In this document: positions 10,542 through 20,076 of the stretch, piece after piece
How positions within the stretch are numbered: the first letter of the stretch is position 1
How the letters are laid out: the number at the start of each line of letters is the position of its first letter
Source of the DNA: Verrucomicrobiota bacterium
GTDB taxonomy: Bacteria > Verrucomicrobiota > Verrucomicrobiia > Opitutales > Cerasicoccaceae
Assembly (NCBI GenBank): GCA_039818205.1
Contig: JBCBUK010000007.1
Coordinates: 32,001 to 96,000, forward strand
Length of the DNA: 64,000 nt
Direction: 5' to 3'
Translations under genes and position numbers: made by a program
Notes under the pieces: model-generated
The model's database searches: none
Told to the model about the DNA's origin: nothing
What the model saw: only the letters and a program-made list of their open reading frames with translations

Positions 10542-10775
10542 ATGAAAACCAAACGCCCATTTCTCGTCCGTCGGTCAACACCGTTTGACACCAGCCGATC
10601 GAGTTTTTTCCGCCACTACATTGCGGAGCGCGAGGCGTTTCGAGCGTTCAAAGCGACCGCTCTCCAGACCTGTGGAGAAGAGGCTGATGATCAACGAGTT
10701 TTGTTTACATGGATCCGTAATCACCAATGGGAATGGGTTGACCAGCACAAAACCATTCGTTGCCCAAGCGACTAA
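10542..10775 (+). CDS. Small protein resembling the short verrucomicrobial DUF4032-like family
   Basis: Pattern SS.FR.Y.AERE....K......G......VL..WI..H...W. It fills an intergenic gap with an AT-rich upstream region. Confidence 0.55.
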   Translation: MKTKRPFLVRRSTPFDTSRSSFFRHYIAEREAFRAFKATALQTCGEEADDQRVLFTWIRNHQWEWVDQHKTIRCPSD

Positions 10776-10801
10776 ATTCCTCGATCGGACCCTGCCGCTG
10801 G

Positions 10802-11341
10802 CTACTCCTCGCAGTCGACTACGATAAACGTGGCATCGTATAGCAAGCGATCCTCATGGTAGAGGCGAAAGCGCCATTCACCGGTTCCCCGCTCGAACTC
10901 TTCGTCGAAAAAATAGTAGTAATCGAAATAACCATATCCTCCTTCGGGATAAATCGGTTGCATGCGGTCGACGCTACTCCGGGTCTCGCCGTTTGGAAGC
11001 GTCATTGGTGGAAAATCGACCACCAAGTGCAATTCCTCAACCCCTCGGGGGACGTTGTCGATACCGAGTTCGATGCCAAGTCCGTGTTTCATGCAATTGG
11101 GAACTACCCAAGTGTTGTGGTCCAAAATGACCCAATCAGATTGCATTACGAGACCGCTAGGCGCGTCAGGGGCAACCTCAGTCTGGCCCTCGCTCGTCCG
11201 CTTGACGTGGCCATAAAAGTAGGGATCGATCTGAAACGGCGGCTCATGGAGCCAACTGGCTAGAATCAGAAGAACCAATCCCGCTGCACTAAAAACTTTC
11301 ATCAAACGCGAGATTGTTACCATGTAAGACGGGTTTTCCAC
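10802..11341 (-). CDS. DUF3859-like membrane-anchored protein
   Basis: N-terminal TM segment, then PPMTLPNG and YFFDEEFERGTGEWRFRLY...DATF. Start uncertain (GTG 11341 or ATG 11323). Confidence 0.7.
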   Translation of the reverse strand: MENPSYMVTISRLMKVFSAAGLVLLILASWLHEPPFQIDPYFYGHVKRTSEGQTEVAPDAPSGLVMQSDWVILDHNTWVVPNCMKHGLGIELGIDNVPRGVEELHLVVDFPPMTLPNGETRSSVDRMQPIYPEGGYGYFDYYYFFDEEFERGTGEWRFRLYHEDRLLYDATFIVVDCEE

Positions 11342-11384
11342 TAAAATATGCCAATAATGCGACTTTTCGGCCGAAAAATTAGGC

Positions 11385-11414
11385 TTGCGGTTCGGTAAAT
11401 CGCTCAGCTAGCCT
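11385..11414 (+). promoter_or_regulatory. Possible sigma70 promoter of rho
   Basis: TTGCGG-N18-TAGCCT directly upstream of the structured leader. Confidence 0.35.
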
Positions 11415-11421
11415 CATAGTC

Positions 11422-11502
11422 AACGAATGCTACTGCGGGTAAACCGCACGAGTGCGAAACAGTAAAATACGCCAATACGGCGTTCCTCTCGCACTCATCG
11501 TT
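11422..11502 (+). ncRNA. Candidate structured RNA leader of rho
   Basis: Nested stems AACGA/TCGTT, TGCGG/CCGCA, GAGTGCGA/TCGCACTC and ACGCC/GGCGT, followed by a pyrimidine-rich tract. Confidence 0.45.
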
Positions 11503-11573
11503 ATTTCTCCGGTCTACTTTGCCGGTTCTTCCTATTCTCGATGCGGTTATCGCGTGATTGCCGCCTTGTATCT

Positions 11574-12734
11574 ATGAGTGATTCCGAAACCCAGATTTCC
11601 ACAAAAAATGGCCATGCGGACAGCAGCACCATAACGGTTGAAGGCGTATTTGAGCCGGCCAGCAACAAATCCGGCCAGCTCCTTGACCCCGGAAAAAATG
11701 GACGTCCGCGGCGCACTGACCCCTTCGTGCCCCGCGAAATGATTCGCCGCTTCAAGTTAAAGCGCGGCAGCTGGATCACCGCGAGCGCTGAGCACAATGA
11801 CCGTTTTCCCAATCCCAAAGTAAAGTTCATTGAGAAAGTTGACGGACTGACCGTCGACGCCAGAAAACAGTGCTACCCGTTCCAACAGCTGACGACCATT
11901 GCCCCGGATGATCAAATCAAGCTTGAGTGCAAAGACAATCGCCTGACCACCCGCGTAATCGATATGTTTACGCCAATTGGAAAGGGCCAACGGGGTCTGA
12001 TTGTTGCGCCACCGCGCACGGGAAAAACCACACTTCTCAAAGACATTGCTGAGGGCGTTCACGAGAACCACCCAGAGATCCTCGTAATGGTGTTGCTCGT
12101 CGATGAGCGCCCGGAAGAAGTCACCGATTTCAAGCGCGACCTCGATTTTGCCGAGATTTATGCGTCGTCCAATGACGAAGACATTACCAACCACATCCGC
12201 GTGGCAGACATCGCGATTGAGCGCGCAAAGCGCCAGGTCGAAGTTGGCAAAGATGTGATCTTGCTGCTCGATAGCATCACCCGCCTTTCGCGGGCCCACA
12301 ACTCGTCCAAAGGCGGCGGTGGTAGAACAATGACTGGTGGTCTCGACATTCGAGCCCTAGAAAAACCACGGCAGCTGTTTTCCTCCGCACGAAATACTGA
12401 AGAAGGTGGCAGCCTAACGATCATCGCTTCGGCTCTAATCGAAACCGGCTCCCGGATGGACGATCTGATCTTTCAAGAGTTCAAAGGCACCGGAAACATG
12501 GAGATGGTTCTCGATCGCAAAGCCGCTGAACTGCGTCTGTGGCCGGCCATAAACATCAATGCGTCCGGCACCCGAAAAGAGGAACTCCTGCTAGATGCCG
12601 ATACGCTGGACAAGGTTGGCTTTTTCCGTCGTGCGTTGTCACCAATGAAACCATTGGATGCTACCGAGACTTTGATCGAGCGCATGGGCACAACCAGCAG
12701 CAATGCTGAGTTTCTGCGGCTGCTTGATATGTAG
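11574..12734 (+). CDS. rho: Transcription termination factor Rho
   Basis: PIGKGQRGLIVAPPRTGKT, LLVDERPEEVTD, LDSITRL, ETGSRMDDLIFQEFKGTGNME and SGTRKEELL motifs. Confidence 0.96.
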   Translation: MSDSETQISTKNGHADSSTITVEGVFEPASNKSGQLLDPGKNGRPRRTDPFVPREMIRRFKLKRGSWITASAEHNDRFPNPKVKFIEKVDGLTVDARKQCYPFQQLTTIAPDDQIKLECKDNRLTTRVIDMFTPIGKGQRGLIVAPPRTGKTTLLKDIAEGVHENHPEILVMVLLVDERPEEVTDFKRDLDFAEIYASSNDEDITNHIRVADIAIERAKRQVEVGKDVILLLDSITRLSRAHNSSKGGGGRTMTGGLDIRALEKPRQLFSSARNTEEGGSLTIIASALIETGSRMDDLIFQEFKGTGNMEMVLDRKAAELRLWPAININASGTRKEELLLDADTLDKVGFFRRALSPMKPLDATETLIERMGTTSSNAEFLRLLDM

Positions 12735-12758
12735 CCGTCGGCAACGATTGAGCGGCAT

Positions 12759-14243
12759 CTATTTTTTCTCGTTCACCGGGTCGATAGCCGCCAACTCATA
12801 GAATATCTTTGCATCTGGAAGCGACTGCTTGAGTTGCTCAACTCCCTCGGAAGAGATCTGAGTTCCTGACAAGTAGATGGATTGCAAGCCACCCAACCGG
12901 GTAAGCGATTCGATACTCTTGTCCGTCAACTCAGTGTTGTATAAATTGATCGACTGTAGGCTACTCGGCGGAGATTTCCTCAACCAAACGGCACTAGCAT
13001 CATCAATTGCAGTGTTGGAAAGATCCAATCGCTCCAATCGTTTCATGTTCGGGATCAGCTGTCCCAACGCCTCTCCACTGATCTGTGTCTGCGAAAGGTC
13101 GAGATCGACGACGTAGGGCGCAATGACCTCGATCTCCTCCAGTATATCGTCGTTCAAAACGTTCCTTAGGTTGACCGCAGTGAAAGCCAATTCGCGGCCT
13201 TCGGGACCGAAGCGCGAGATGCACTTTCCGTATCGGTCCTCAAACGCAACGATTTGCTCGATGACTTTCGAATCCAAGGGACTTTCCAAGACAACCTCGA
13301 GCTCGGTGCCCGATTGCTCAACAAGCCACTCCACCAAATCCGATGGCAGATTGGCATCGGCAATCCGCATCTCCTGCGATGCTCCGCCTGCAACCCAGGC
13401 ATCGATCACCTGAATTTCCTCCTCGGTCAGCTGCGTTTTACCAACTGGTGGCATGTGGAGATCATCGGATTCCGGCAAGTGGATATAAACCGAAAGCAAG
13501 CTCTCCTCGAGGGACCCGGGAACCAAGGACGTACCCGTGTAGCCACCGGCAATCATACCCTCTAGAGAGTCCAAGACCAACCCACCCTTTTGCTTACCGG
13601 TGCTGGAATGACAATAAACGCACTTGTCTTCGATTATAGGAGCGACCACATCCTGAAACACAAACTGCCGCTGAATCGGAATCTCCTTTACTGGAGCCGC
13701 AGGTTCGATTTTCAACGGCTCCAGTGGGTCTCCGTGCGTGATCAAACCGCCATAGTGCCCGGTGACGACCAACAGTACACCAACACCATACAGCGACGCG
13801 AGGAAGTTAGTCGACTCGAGGCCTTTCGCTACGGCTACCAACGCGATGGCTCCACAACCCAGCGCGAAACCAAGGCCCCACCAAAGGTGGTTGTTCACGA
13901 GCTCTCCCTGGTAGTCGCCCTGCAGGTAGAGCATCAAACCCGCTCCCGCGGCGAGGTAAGCCGTAACAACGCCAAAGGCCAGCATCGGACCGATCCCTTG
14001 GATCCGCCAGGCTGTTCCATTCCAGTCGGAAAGTGCGTTGAGTGTCACCGCGAACAGCAAGTAGATAAATATGCCAATCGGGAGGTGAAGCAGCAAGGGG
14101 TGCATGTTTCCAGCAACCTGAAACAGTGCCGGCAACGATTCAACGGTTTGGTTGGTGGCAAACAAAGCCATCAATACCAAGCCAACCGAACAACATGCGA
14201 CCACTGCCGCCAGGACAGTTAAGTGGAAGGGCCAATGCTTCAT
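12759..14243 (-). CDS. Membrane protein with DUF2231-like TM domain, planctomycete cytochrome c domain and C-terminal LRRs
   Basis: HPLLLHLPIG, GHYGGLITHG, CVYCH heme motif, HMPP and LDLSxTxI leucine-rich repeats. Confidence 0.85.
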   Translation of the reverse strand: MKHWPFHLTVLAAVVACCSVGLVLMALFATNQTVESLPALFQVAGNMHPLLLHLPIGIFIYLLFAVTLNALSDWNGTAWRIQGIGPMLAFGVVTAYLAAGAGLMLYLQGDYQGELVNNHLWWGLGFALGCGAIALVAVAKGLESTNFLASLYGVGVLLVVTGHYGGLITHGDPLEPLKIEPAAPVKEIPIQRQFVFQDVVAPIIEDKCVYCHSSTGKQKGGLVLDSLEGMIAGGYTGTSLVPGSLEESLLSVYIHLPESDDLHMPPVGKTQLTEEEIQVIDAWVAGGASQEMRIADANLPSDLVEWLVEQSGTELEVVLESPLDSKVIEQIVAFEDRYGKCISRFGPEGRELAFTAVNLRNVLNDDILEEIEVIAPYVVDLDLSQTQISGEALGQLIPNMKRLERLDLSNTAIDDASAVWLRKSPPSSLQSINLYNTELTDKSIESLTRLGGLQSIYLSGTQISSEGVEQLKQSLPDAKIFYELAAIDPVNEKK

Positions 14244-14246
14244 GAT

Positions 14247-15683
14247 CTACGCAAGAATCCCTTTGATAAGATGCCCGTGAACGTCAGTCAACCGGAAGTC
14301 GCGACCTTGAAACCGGTAGGTGAGTCGCTTGTGGTTTACACCCAGCAAATGGAGCATAGTCATGTGCAAGTCGTGGATAGACGTCGGATTCTCTGTCGCC
14401 GCGTAGCCGAGCTCATCAGTTGATCCGTAGACCGTTCCTCCCTTGATTCCACCGCCAGCGAGGAAGATGGAAAAGCCCTTGATGTGGTGATCACGACCAA
14501 TGCCGTGCCCCTGCCCCTGTGCCATCGGTGTCCGGCCAAACTCGCCACCCCAAATAACGAGAGTATCTTCAAGAAGGCCGCGCATCTTGAGATCCTTAAT
14601 CAGTGCCGCAGTCCCTTGGTCCACATGCTTTGCTGCCTTAGGGAAGCTACTGCGCAGATTACTATGATGATCCCAGCCACGATGGTATAGTTGAATAAAG
14701 CGGACACCACGTTCGGCGAGCCGACGGGCCATCAAGCAATTCGAAGCAAAGCTACCATCGCCCGGCCGACAACCATACAAATCAAAGACATGCTCAGGCT
14801 CACCGGTAAAATCGGTCAACTCTGGGACAGCTGACTGCATCCGATAGGCGAGCTCATACTGGGCGATGCGGGCTGCAATTTCCTGATCATGACTCTCCTC
14901 CATTTGCAATTGGTTGAGCTCATTAACCGTGTGGATCAACTGCTGCTGCGCATGGCTATCAACCCCCTTGGGATTCTTGACGTAGTGAACTGGATCGCCC
15001 TTAGACTGAAGCTGAACGCCTTGAAATTTACTCGGCAAGAAACCGTTGTGCCATTGCTTCGATGAGATGGGTTGTCCCTGCCCTCCGCCAACGCTCGTCA
15101 GGACCACATAGCCCGGCAGATTCGCCGACATCGAACCCAAACCATAGAGCGTCCAAGCACCCATACTCGGCCGACCTGGAATGATCGACCCGGTATTAAA
15201 GAATGTGTGAGCTGGGTCATGGTTAATTTGCTCAGTATACATCGAACGCACGACTGCAATATCGTCCGCGACGCTTCCGATATGAGGGAGCATATCGTTT
15301 ACCATCATCCCGCACTCGCCCCGCTGCGAGAAGCCAAAATTTGGCCCCATGACCTTGAGTTCTGAGCCTTGAAGCTGCGCCAATTGTTCGCCCTTGGTAA
15401 AGGATTCTGGCATTGCTTGGCCATCCAGCTTCTCCAGGTCCGGCTTGTAGTCAAAGGTCTCCAAGTGGGATGGTCCTCCCGCCATGCACAGGTGGATAAC
15501 CCGCTTCACCTTTGGGCGAAGATCAGTCCCCTCGCCGAGGGTGCCCTTCCATATCTTGTCACCCGCCTCCGAGGCCAACAGGTCTCCACAAGCTAACGCT
15601 CCCAAACTAGTCAATGAGTGACGGAGGAAAGTACGTCGGTTAATCCGGCTCTTGACCGCTTCAAATAGTTGTTGATCGTCCAT
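14247..15683 (-). CDS. DUF1501 family protein (Tat-type N-terminus)
   Basis: NRRTFL, MAGGPSHLETFDYKP, WDHH, WGGEFGRTP, GRDHH and FQGRDFRLTDVHG motifs. Confidence 0.92.
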   Translation of the reverse strand: MDDQQLFEAVKSRINRRTFLRHSLTSLGALACGDLLASEAGDKIWKGTLGEGTDLRPKVKRVIHLCMAGGPSHLETFDYKPDLEKLDGQAMPESFTKGEQLAQLQGSELKVMGPNFGFSQRGECGMMVNDMLPHIGSVADDIAVVRSMYTEQINHDPAHTFFNTGSIIPGRPSMGAWTLYGLGSMSANLPGYVVLTSVGGGQGQPISSKQWHNGFLPSKFQGVQLQSKGDPVHYVKNPKGVDSHAQQQLIHTVNELNQLQMEESHDQEIAARIAQYELAYRMQSAVPELTDFTGEPEHVFDLYGCRPGDGSFASNCLMARRLAERGVRFIQLYHRGWDHHSNLRSSFPKAAKHVDQGTAALIKDLKMRGLLEDTLVIWGGEFGRTPMAQGQGHGIGRDHHIKGFSIFLAGGGIKGGTVYGSTDELGYAATENPTSIHDLHMTMLHLLGVNHKRLTYRFQGRDFRLTDVHGHLIKGILA

Positions 15684-15689
15684 TGGAAA

Positions 15690-18600
15690 TTAGTAACGGG
15701 TTATGGTTTCGTTCAAATTGAGTACCGCACGGCAGACGCTCATCCAGGCAGCTAGTTCAGTCGCTGGCAGTGACGCATCAATCTGATGCTGACCGATTCC
15801 TAGAAATTCTTTTGCTGCGTTCGGGGCTGCTGAGAATCGTTCTTGTTCAACCAAGAGCAGATCACGCAACAGCGTTTCTTCCTGCTCCGATGGTTCACGG
15901 GCCAGGACTCGAACAAACGCACTATGGATCCGATCTGAGTCTCGATCACTGACTTGGTATACCTGCTCAGCAAGTGCCTTTGCCGCTTCGAGAAAGGTTG
16001 GGTCGTTCAATAGGTTAAGCGCCTGCAATGGCGTATTCGACAAGGGTCGATCAACCGCACATTCATCGCGACCCGGGGCATCAAAGGCTACCAACATCGG
16101 GTGAAGGAAGGTTCGCTGCCAGTGCATATAAACGCCACGCCGATACTGGTTTTCGTTGAGATCGGATTCATAGGTCCGACGCGGGAAATTCAGATGCTCG
16201 TAATAACCCTCCGGTTGATAAGGCTTCACACTAGCGCCTCCAATGCGATCGACCAACAGGCCAGAAGCCGACAAGGCGTTGTCGCGTATAAGCTCGGCGG
16301 GAAGCCGCCGCGGGCTCTGACGGGCGAGCAGACGGTTGTAAGGGTCAAGCTCGAGCAACTCTGGCGAGGCAAGGCTGCTTTGTTGGTAAGCGCGGGAAAG
16401 CACGATGGTGCGAACGATATGTTTCACGTCCCATCCGGACTCAACAAACTCGGACGCCAACCAATCGAGCAGCTCGGGATACACGGGATACTCACCCTGC
16501 AAGCCGAGATCCTCAGGAGCCTTTGAAAGTGCCGTTCCGAAATACTCGCCCCATACGCGATTTACAAAAGCACGCGCGGTCAGAGGATTACCTGGTGAGA
16601 CGATCCACTCGGCGAGGTCTAGTCGGGTAAGCGGTTGGCCCTCACTTGAAGTGCGTTGCTCTGGTAAAAAATGAGGCGTTTCTGGCAAAACAATTTCACC
16701 CGTCTCATCCATCCAGTTTCCGCGATTCAAAACCCTGATCTCCCGCGGCGTCGCACTTATCGTGGCTAGTGTCTTACGACTTCCATTGAGGAATTCGTCC
16801 AGCAAGTCGTACTCGGCACGGAGCCGAACGAGTTCTTCGTTGGAAGAATGCTCAAGCATATAGGCCGTCCTCAACTCTGCCAAAGTGCTCTCGTCGCCTT
16901 CGCCAGCGGTGTATTGATCCAATCGTTCACCGTCTAGTTCACTCAAACGACCAATTGGAACTCTGTTACGCATCGTCAGGAGCTCAATATTCCGGACATG
17001 ATAGGCGTCATCCTCACTGTCCTTGAGCTTTGTACTGACGAATTCTATCGACTGAAGAATTGCCTCTTCGGGTAGATTCAATTCGGAAAATTCGAATCCG
17101 CCATCCAGCCAATGATTCTCGTCTTGAATCTTTGGCTTTCGAATCGTCTCGATGCCTTCGCGCTTGAGCGTGTTGCCCCATACAATAAATTTATCACCGG
17201 TGTCGAAGCCAAGCTGGAATCCCACCTGCGAACCCCAACGAGCGTTGGGTTTTTGCAAGCGAATCTGAAACGTCATGCCATCGACCAGCCCAGCAGGAAT
17301 TTCAAAATCCGTTGCGACCGCCTCCAGTTCATATACCGCTGGTAGGTCCGGTTGCGCATATCCCTTTCGCGCTTTCAGCCAATCTTCAAACTCGGCATCT
17401 GCAACCGTGGAAGCCTCCAAAATCTTTGCTCTCCGCGCGGCCAGCTCAGCTTCGATCTCTTCAACATTCTCTATGAATGTACGATTCGGCACCTCAAACT
17501 TTGGACCATAGTTGCTGCGGTAGGTATCTACGATATGGGCTCCACTGGCTCTTAGATACTCTTCGACATCATTCACCTGATACTGGCCGTTACCATTCCA
17601 TGCGCCTTTCTCCAAGACATCCGCGAAGAACGCAGCAAAGGTATAAAAATCCTTCGCAGTAAATGGATCGTATTTGTGGTCATGACACTCCGCGCACGCC
17701 AACGTCGAACCCAACCAAGCGGTCGAAGTTGTCCGCACCCGTTCCGACTGGTATTTCTTTAGGTATTCCTTATCCTGGATCCCGCCTTCCTCGCTCAGCT
17801 GATTCAGACGACTATAGCTAGCTGCTACTTTCTGCTGCAAAGTTGCGTTTGGCAAAAGATCACCGGCAATCTGTTCGATGGTGAATTGATCGAACGGTTT
17901 ATTCGTATTGAAGGCTTGAATTACATAGTCCCGAAACGGCGTAGCATCCCGGTTTTGGTCGCCGTGATATCCAACCGTATCGGCATACCGAACCGCATCG
18001 AGCCAGCCAATCGCCATTTTCTCGCCATAATGGGGCGACGCTAGCAGCTCATCGACCAAGGCCTCGTAGGCAGTTTCAGATGCGTCTTCCATAAACGCCT
18101 TCGTTTGCTCCGGGGTCGGCGGAAGGCCCGTGATATCCAGGCTGACCCGGCGTAAGAGCGTCGCTTTATCCGCTTCCGGCGAGAAGGCCAACCCACGACG
18201 ATCAAGTCGCTTTTCAATAATCTCATCAATCGATGCTGCGTCGGGGCGCACAACCGGCATATAAGACCAATGCCCTTCATATTCGGCGCCTTCGTCGATC
18301 CATCTTGCAAGCAATTGTTTTTGCTCGTCCGTCAGCTTCCTGTGCGAATCCGGCGGAGGCATCAACATGTCCGCGTCATCGGATAAAATTCGCTGAATCA
18401 TCTCACTGGTTTCCGCACTCCCAGGGACGATTGCGTTCGCTACGATCGCGCTATCGCGGTCGTCCAATCGCAGATCTGCCTTGTTATTTTCGAGGTCAGG
18501 GCCGTGGCAGAAGTAGCAGTTATTCGATAAGATCGGCCGGATATCCCGGTTGAAGCTGATCGGCTCAACGGATGCTACTTTCGGACCGTCCGCAATATCG

Positions 18601-18698
18601 CTACTTTCAGGCTGCTTGGAGCAGCCAGCGATTAGCAAAAAAATCAGAGAGCAAAGGCCTGCAGAAGCCAAAGGGTATGTTAGATGTTTCCATCGCAT
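15690..18698 (-). CDS. PSD1/planctomycete cytochrome c protein (DUF1549+DUF1553), probable lipoprotein
   Basis: LIAGC lipobox, FNRDIRPILSNNCYFCHGPD, WLDAVRYADT, CAECHDHKYDP, NPLTARAFVNRVW and NTPLQAL motifs. Confidence 0.92.
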   Translation of the reverse strand: MRWKHLTYPLASAGLCSLIFLLIAGCSKQPESSDIADGPKVASVEPISFNRDIRPILSNNCYFCHGPDLENNKADLRLDDRDSAIVANAIVPGSAETSEMIQRILSDDADMLMPPPDSHRKLTDEQKQLLARWIDEGAEYEGHWSYMPVVRPDAASIDEIIEKRLDRRGLAFSPEADKATLLRRVSLDITGLPPTPEQTKAFMEDASETAYEALVDELLASPHYGEKMAIGWLDAVRYADTVGYHGDQNRDATPFRDYVIQAFNTNKPFDQFTIEQIAGDLLPNATLQQKVAASYSRLNQLSEEGGIQDKEYLKKYQSERVRTTSTAWLGSTLACAECHDHKYDPFTAKDFYTFAAFFADVLEKGAWNGNGQYQVNDVEEYLRASGAHIVDTYRSNYGPKFEVPNRTFIENVEEIEAELAARRAKILEASTVADAEFEDWLKARKGYAQPDLPAVYELEAVATDFEIPAGLVDGMTFQIRLQKPNARWGSQVGFQLGFDTGDKFIVWGNTLKREGIETIRKPKIQDENHWLDGGFEFSELNLPEEAILQSIEFVSTKLKDSEDDAYHVRNIELLTMRNRVPIGRLSELDGERLDQYTAGEGDESTLAELRTAYMLEHSSNEELVRLRAEYDLLDEFLNGSRKTLATISATPREIRVLNRGNWMDETGEIVLPETPHFLPEQRTSSEGQPLTRLDLAEWIVSPGNPLTARAFVNRVWGEYFGTALSKAPEDLGLQGEYPVYPELLDWLASEFVESGWDVKHIVRTIVLSRAYQQSSLASPELLELDPYNRLLARQSPRRLPAELIRDNALSASGLLVDRIGGASVKPYQPEGYYEHLNFPRRTYESDLNENQYRRGVYMHWQRTFLHPMLVAFDAPGRDECAVDRPLSNTPLQALNLLNDPTFLEAAKALAEQVYQVSDRDSDRIHSAFVRVLAREPSEQEETLLRDLLLVEQERFSAAPNAAKEFLGIGQHQIDASLPATELAAWMSVCRAVLNLNETITRY

Positions 18699-18744
18699 AC
18701 TCTTTTATACCAAGCGAATCACTAATATGACTTAAAAAATCAAC

Positions 18745-20064
18745 TTATTCAAAAACCCTGATCTCGTTCAGGCCACCACCACCCGGTGAGGGATGTGGAC
18801 CCTTGCGGCTGAAGTGACTTTTGCCGGTGAACCGGACGTAACGCGCATCAACGGAATCGAACTCGAACGATTCAAAATCAAAAAATTTCTGATCGTGGTA
18901 TTCTATCGGCTGGAGCACACCTTCGAACAACAACTCAAAGTTCTCTCCATCAGTCGAAACCTCAATGATAAAGCGATCTATCCCGCGGTCGTTGAAATGA
19001 CGATTACGCGTGTTCATCAGGTCAATCCGAGAAATTGGGTAGACGCCGAGCAAGTCCAGTGTGAACTGTCCGGCACGGCCATTCGGTGCCAACCAAAATG
19101 ACCAGTTCCAAGGTGAGCCCGTGTCGTAGAACCGATTGTCCGTTAACGCTGATGGCGGAAAGACCTCGCCGTTATCCGGCACATTGTAATAGCTCTCTGC
19201 GTCAACGGGCTTGCCCAAAGCAAGGTTCTCTTTGGAACGCAGCACCTGTGACTCTCCCGAAAGCTCAAAGGTGCCGTTCACTCGAACCTTTTCACCGTTT
19301 AATTCCGGATGCATTGCCTGATGGCTATTGTTCCCGATAATCGCATACGAATCACCATCAGTCAGACTGATGCTCGTGTCTCGATCGTTGTCAAAGACAA
19401 CCTCGCCCTCATAGACTTCGGTCATGACTATTGTGTCTGTAACGCCATTGCCCACCGTAACGCCAAACTTAGTGCCAAGGTCGGTAAAGCGGCCAGCAGG
19501 CGTCAGCACGTGGAATGTTCCCGGCTTCCCCTGATGGTGAACCGTAATGGTCCCCGAGGACATCTCAATGGTTTGGTTGTCTTGAATCTGAAACACCGCA
19601 GGGCCTTCAATGATCACCTGGGTTTTTCCGGGAAAGTCCAGGGCAATGGCACCTTGCATCAAACTCAAGATTCGGGTCGTGGCCGGCTCACCCAGATTCA
19701 ACTCTGCACCCCGCCAATCAGCATCGCGGGCGGCGGTCAGGTGGACCTCGAGCTCAGGATCCCCACGCAAAGCCAATCCAAGCGCCAACAGCAACAATAC
19801 CGAAGCCGCTATCCCAAACCAGGCTCTGATCGGAACTGAACGGATCTTCGACGCTTTACCCTTTTCTAAAAAGTCAATCTGAGCGGACCCCGAGTTTGCG
19901 CGAATTTCTAAACCGTGGTGCACATCGATCAAGAGCTGGAAGCGTGAGCGCAGTTCTGCATCCGTGCCTAATATGTCCTGCAACTCCTGGAACTCTTGAT
20001 CCGTAATGGAGTCGTCCAAATATTTCCAAACGAGTGGATCGATCTTGTCGGATGGTTGTTTCAT
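18745..20064 (-). CDS. FecR-like anti-sigma factor with C-terminal F5/8 discoidin domain
   Basis: N-terminal YLD...E..EL...L, one TM segment, FecR motifs (VIIEGPA.F, DLGTKFGV, VYEGEV), and C-terminal NLALGKPV...ARYVRF...LNEIRVF. Confidence 0.85.
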   Translation of the reverse strand: MKQPSDKIDPLVWKYLDDSITDQEFQELQDILGTDAELRSRFQLLIDVHHGLEIRANSGSAQIDFLEKGKASKIRSVPIRAWFGIAASVLLLLALGLALRGDPELEVHLTAARDADWRGAELNLGEPATTRILSLMQGAIALDFPGKTQVIIEGPAVFQIQDNQTIEMSSGTITVHHQGKPGTFHVLTPAGRFTDLGTKFGVTVGNGVTDTIVMTEVYEGEVVFDNDRDTSISLTDGDSYAIIGNNSHQAMHPELNGEKVRVNGTFELSGESQVLRSKENLALGKPVDAESYYNVPDNGEVFPPSALTDNRFYDTGSPWNWSFWLAPNGRAGQFTLDLLGVYPISRIDLMNTRNRHFNDRGIDRFIIEVSTDGENFELLFEGVLQPIEYHDQKFFDFESFEFDSVDARYVRFTGKSHFSRKGPHPSPGGGGLNEIRVFE

Positions 20065-20076
20065 TTTCCTGTCCCC

